A stretch of 64,000 bases of DNA from Squalus acanthias (Eukaryota). Shown here in pieces: positions 60,281-64,000 of this stretch. Every line of letters begins with the position of its first letter. The stretch's first letter is position 1. The stretch is taken from contig CM059432.1 in NCBI GenBank assembly GCA_030390025.1, positions 8,308,001-8,372,000 of the forward strand, read 5' to 3'. Both the position numbers and the translations under genes were made by a program. Below the pieces are notes generated by a model that was given only the letters and a program-made list of their open reading frames with translations, ran no database searches and was not told where the DNA came from.

Positions 60281-61590
60281 CTGCGGCTCAGTTGGTGGCA
60301 CCCTTGCTTCTGAGTCAGAAGTTTGTGGGTTCAGGTCTGCTCTCCAGAGACTTGAACACAAAGGCCGCGATTTTTAGGTCCGATGCGGCTTGGGGGCGGG
60401 ACAGCTGCCTTCCGGGTTCCAGTCCCGCCCCCCACAACATCAGACGCACAGACGCGATTTTGCGTCAATTGACCTTGTTAAGCCCGCCCTGCGGGCTTGC
60501 CGGCCAATTAAGAGGAAGCCGGTGTCATCTGCCGGTTTTCTTAAATGGGCCACGCACAATTTTTTTTGACAGCTGATTTCTCAGTGTTTGACAGCATTGA
60601 GGTGCTGCAAACACTGACAATCACTGTACAAAGGTGTGCCCTTGCCCCCAGGATCTCCAGTGACTCCCTCCTTAGGCTAGAACAGATGGCAGCTGCAGGT
60701 GAGGTTACAGAAGCGATCTGTCACTGGTGAGAGAGGTTCTCCCAATGAGGTGGGACTACACATACAAATCAAAACTTGTCACCTACAGAAAAGTGTAAAT
60801 GCATTAAAAATGATTTTCCCAACATTTTCTTACCTCTGAAACTCACCAGTGCACCATTGGACCCTTTACACCACTTCTGCAGCTGTCATCAATGCAGAAA
60901 CATTACAGCAGACTCACAACTCACCACACTTACCTGGCGTGGTGTCCGGACATCGGGAAGCCCACAGTAGAAGTGTCAAAATTGCAAAAAGCCTCTTAAC
61001 TGCCTGTTAACAGGCAGTTAAGTGCCTATAATCCTCTTCCCACCGCTAGGTATCGGGTCCATGAACAAATCGGGGACCCGACACCTGGGAAGATTGATTG
61101 GAGGTGGAATGCCAGCGGGTTTCCGACCCGCTGTCAATCTTTGCGATTTTGTCGGATGTCCCTGCCTCCAAACCCGCCCCCTGCGCGCCGGCAAAATTCC
61201 GGCCAAAAATCTAGGCTGACACTCCAGTGCGGTGCTGAGGGAGTGCTGCACTGTCGGAGGTGCCGTCTTTTGGATGAGATGTTAAACTGAGGCTCCATCT
61301 GCCCTCTCAAGCAGGTGTAAAAATCCCACGGCACGAAGAGCAGGGGAGTTCTCCCCGGTGTCCTGGGGCCCATATTTATCCCTCAATCAACATCACCGAA
61401 CAGATTATCTGGTCATTCTCACACTGCTGTTTGTGGGAGCTTGCTGTGCGCAAGTTTGGCTGCCTGCGTTTCCTACATTACAACAGCGACTACACACTTC
61501 AAAAAAGTACTTCATTGGCTGTAAAGCGCTTTGAGATGTCCAGTGGTCGTGAAAGGCGCTGTAGAAATGCAAAGTCTGTCTTTCTTTCTT
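60281..61590 (+). mobile_element. Deu-type SINE split by a MITE
   Basis: Head 60281-60362 and body 61205-61590 rejoin as cacaaaaatctaggctgac. Confidence 0.85.
60363..61204. mobile_element. Harbinger-type non-autonomous element (842 bp)
   Basis: TIRs ggccgcgatttt / aaaattccggcc; 3 bp TSD AAA; internal APRISSDSL resembles a Myb/SANT start. Confidence 0.8.
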
Positions 61591-62064
61591 TTGCACTCCA
61601 GCAATAGGATGTGCGCTCCACATTCGGTAAATTGAAGCTATGAGGACTTCTTGGCAGTTTGTTTGGAGGCTTTCAGGCATGGTGAGGGTTTCCACATGTG
61701 TTAGACAGAGAACAGGAAAACACTCACTATGCCAGACATACAAATGAAGGCATTAGCTCTTCTAGCTCCCGTTTGAAGTAAACACTGTAATTGTTTCAGT
61801 GTGCTCTGAGGGTTAGCAATGAATACAAACAACAATCTCGACTATCGAGACTGTCTGGCATCCGTTAGAGCCAAGAAGTCAACCGCTGGCACCGTGTTTA
61901 ATTCATGTTCTACTGGAACTGATAGGAATAGAGCCTTTGCATCAATATTTCTGGAAGAGGCTGTCAAGCTATAAGATTGCCTCCTCTTTAATGTGCTACT
62001 TTGGAAATTTACCTTGCTGAGATCTTGGCTCCATGTGCTTGCTATTTCTTTTTAAGAAGCCGTT

Positions 62065-62860
62065 GTCTTCGGTCCCCACCACAAATTCCGCTCCCTAGCC
62101 ACCGACACCATCCGTCTCCCTGGCAACTGACTGAGGCTGAACCAGACTGTTCGCAAACTTGGTGTTGTATTTGACACCGAGATTAGCTTCTGACCGCACC
62201 GTCACCAAGACCGCCTATTTCCACCTCTGTTACTTCGCCCGTCTTCGCCCCTGCCTCAGCTCATCAGCTGCTGAAACCCTCATTCATGCCTTTGTTACCT
62301 CTAGACTTGACTATTCCAATGCACTCCAGGCCGACCTCCCATCTTCCACCCTCCACAAACTTAAGCTCATCTAAATTCGGCTGCCCATATTCTAACTCGC
62401 ACCAAGTCCCGTTCACCCATCACCCCTGTGCTCGCTGACCTACATTGGCTCCAGGTTGAGCAATGCCACGATTTTAAAATTCTCATCCTTGTTTTCAATC
62501 CCTCCATGGCCTCGCCCCCTCCCTATCTCTGTAACCTCCTCCAGCCCAACAACCCTCTGCGATATCCTCACTCTTCCAATTCTCCTCTTGCACATCCCCG
62601 ATTTTAATTGCTCCACCATGGCCTTCAACTGCCTTGGCCCTAAGTTCTGGAATTCTCTCCTTAAACCTCTCCGCCTCTCTGCCTCTCTTTCCTCCTTTAA
62701 GACGCTCCTTAAAACCTACCTCTTTGACCAAGCTTTTGGTCATGTGTCCTAATATCTCCTTATGTGGCTCGGTGTCAAATTTTGTTTCATAACGCTACTG
62801 TGAAGTGTCTTGGGACATTTTACTACATTAATGGCATGATATAAATACAAGCTGTTATTG
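62065..62860 (+). mobile_element. L2 3' fragment
   Basis: LRPCLSSSAAETLIHAFVTSRLDYSNAL; SPITPVLADLHWL; FKTLLKTYLFDQAF. Confidence 0.9.
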
Positions 62861-62874
62861 ATGTAATACTGTTA

Positions 62875-63764
62875 GGGGGAAAAATTCGGTTGCTTTGCAC
62901 CTCCCGTTAGCACCCGAAGAGGGCGCTAATGGGGCGCAAAGCAACTAGCGCCCAGGCGCGGCGATGTTTGCGCCGCTTGCGAAATTGACCAGACATTTTG
63001 CGGCGGCGCTAAACACTACCGCCACGATCTCCTGCGCCCGCAGATCGTGACGTCAGTCGAGCATGCAATGTTCCGTTAGCGCCCCGGACCGGATATTGAG
63101 TGCCACCCCCTGCCTTACCGCCTGCCGCTAGCAACGACAGGTTGAGGGGAGCGTTTTGCAGTCGGGAAGAGACTGGGGGAGCGCTATTTAAAGGCGACCG
63201 CTTCCTGCCTTTTTTTGTCGGCAACATTTTTGCACCACGCATTCTGAGAGAGAGAGAGACTTCTGGAGAGATTCAACATTGTGTGAAGGAGTTTTGGATA
63301 CTGAGCAGCACTTTGCAGGTTCATTTTGATTTGACCTTCCTTGCATCGATTTAGAAGAGACTATGGGGGCTGCACTCTGAGCTCTTTCCCTGGGTCTCCC
63401 CATTGTTCTTTCCAGCAGATTTGATGTACAGGTCTCTCCAGGCCGAGATTCAAGGCTGCAATGAGCAGGGTGTGGATGGAGAGCAAGATTGACCCTCCCC
63501 TTTAAGAACTGGCCGGCGCCAGTGTGTCTGTGTTCCATTGCTGACTGACATCACATGAGCTTCGCCAGCGCTCTGAGGTAGCGCCTCGCTCCTCGGCGTT
63601 AGCGCCTTAAGAGAGGTGTGTAGCACCTGATTTAGTGCTCCAATCACCTCCAGGGGCGATAGAAGCCAAGTTTGCAGTCGGAGGCGATAATTAGTGCCAG
63701 GCGCTAAACTTTGCGCCCGGCCGATAATTGCGCCCCAAACGGGGCGATACTGAATTTCTCCCCC
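62875..63764 (-). mobile_element. Harbinger-type MITE, copy 2
   Basis: TIRs gggggaaaaattcggt / actgaatttctccccc; TSD TTA (62872-62874, 63765-63767). Confidence 0.9.
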
Positions 63765-64000
63765 TTATAGACCAATAACGCTTAAACAAAACTTTCCACA
63801 TGAACCCTTCCACAACTCTTTGGTCCTGTGTATCTGGCCTTTTGTGCTTCTTCCCACCTTTTGCTATACCATTGTTGAAAGAGTCTTCAAGACACTTCAG
63901 TATCACTCCTCGAACTCCCTCCCTAACCACTTCTATCTGTCTCCGTCACCAACCTCTGAAAGCCTTCTTAAAACCCATCTCTCAGGCGCCTCCCACATGG

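Overview
Vertebrate-type, very repeat-rich genomic DNA with no recognisable host protein-coding gene. The repeat content suggests a cartilaginous fish (shark-like): CR1 LINEs with (GATTCTAT)n/(TCTTATGT)n-type tails, Deu-type and V-type tRNA SINEs, L2, Penelope and Harbinger elements. Most of the window is nested, decayed transposable elements. These include two LINE groups (classical CR1, one copy nearly full length with an intact esterase ORF1; and a second APE-RT LINE whose longest copy has a tRNA-like Pol III head and no ORF1), L2 fragments and about 15 SINE copies. There are also Penelope fragments carrying minimal hammerhead ribozymes, an internally deleted Harbinger with a 3-exon Myb/SANT gene plus several Harbinger-type MITEs, and a solo LTR. 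Two tandem arrays trace to LINE sequence found elsewhere in the window: a ~5.35 kb C-rich 22-24 bp minisatellite from a CR1 3' UTR motif, and a 15x40 bp array from L2 ORF2. The long ORFs over these arrays are artefacts. Boundaries were read by eye and are approximate unless a TSD or TIR is quoted. Family names come from recalled motifs, not from database searches.
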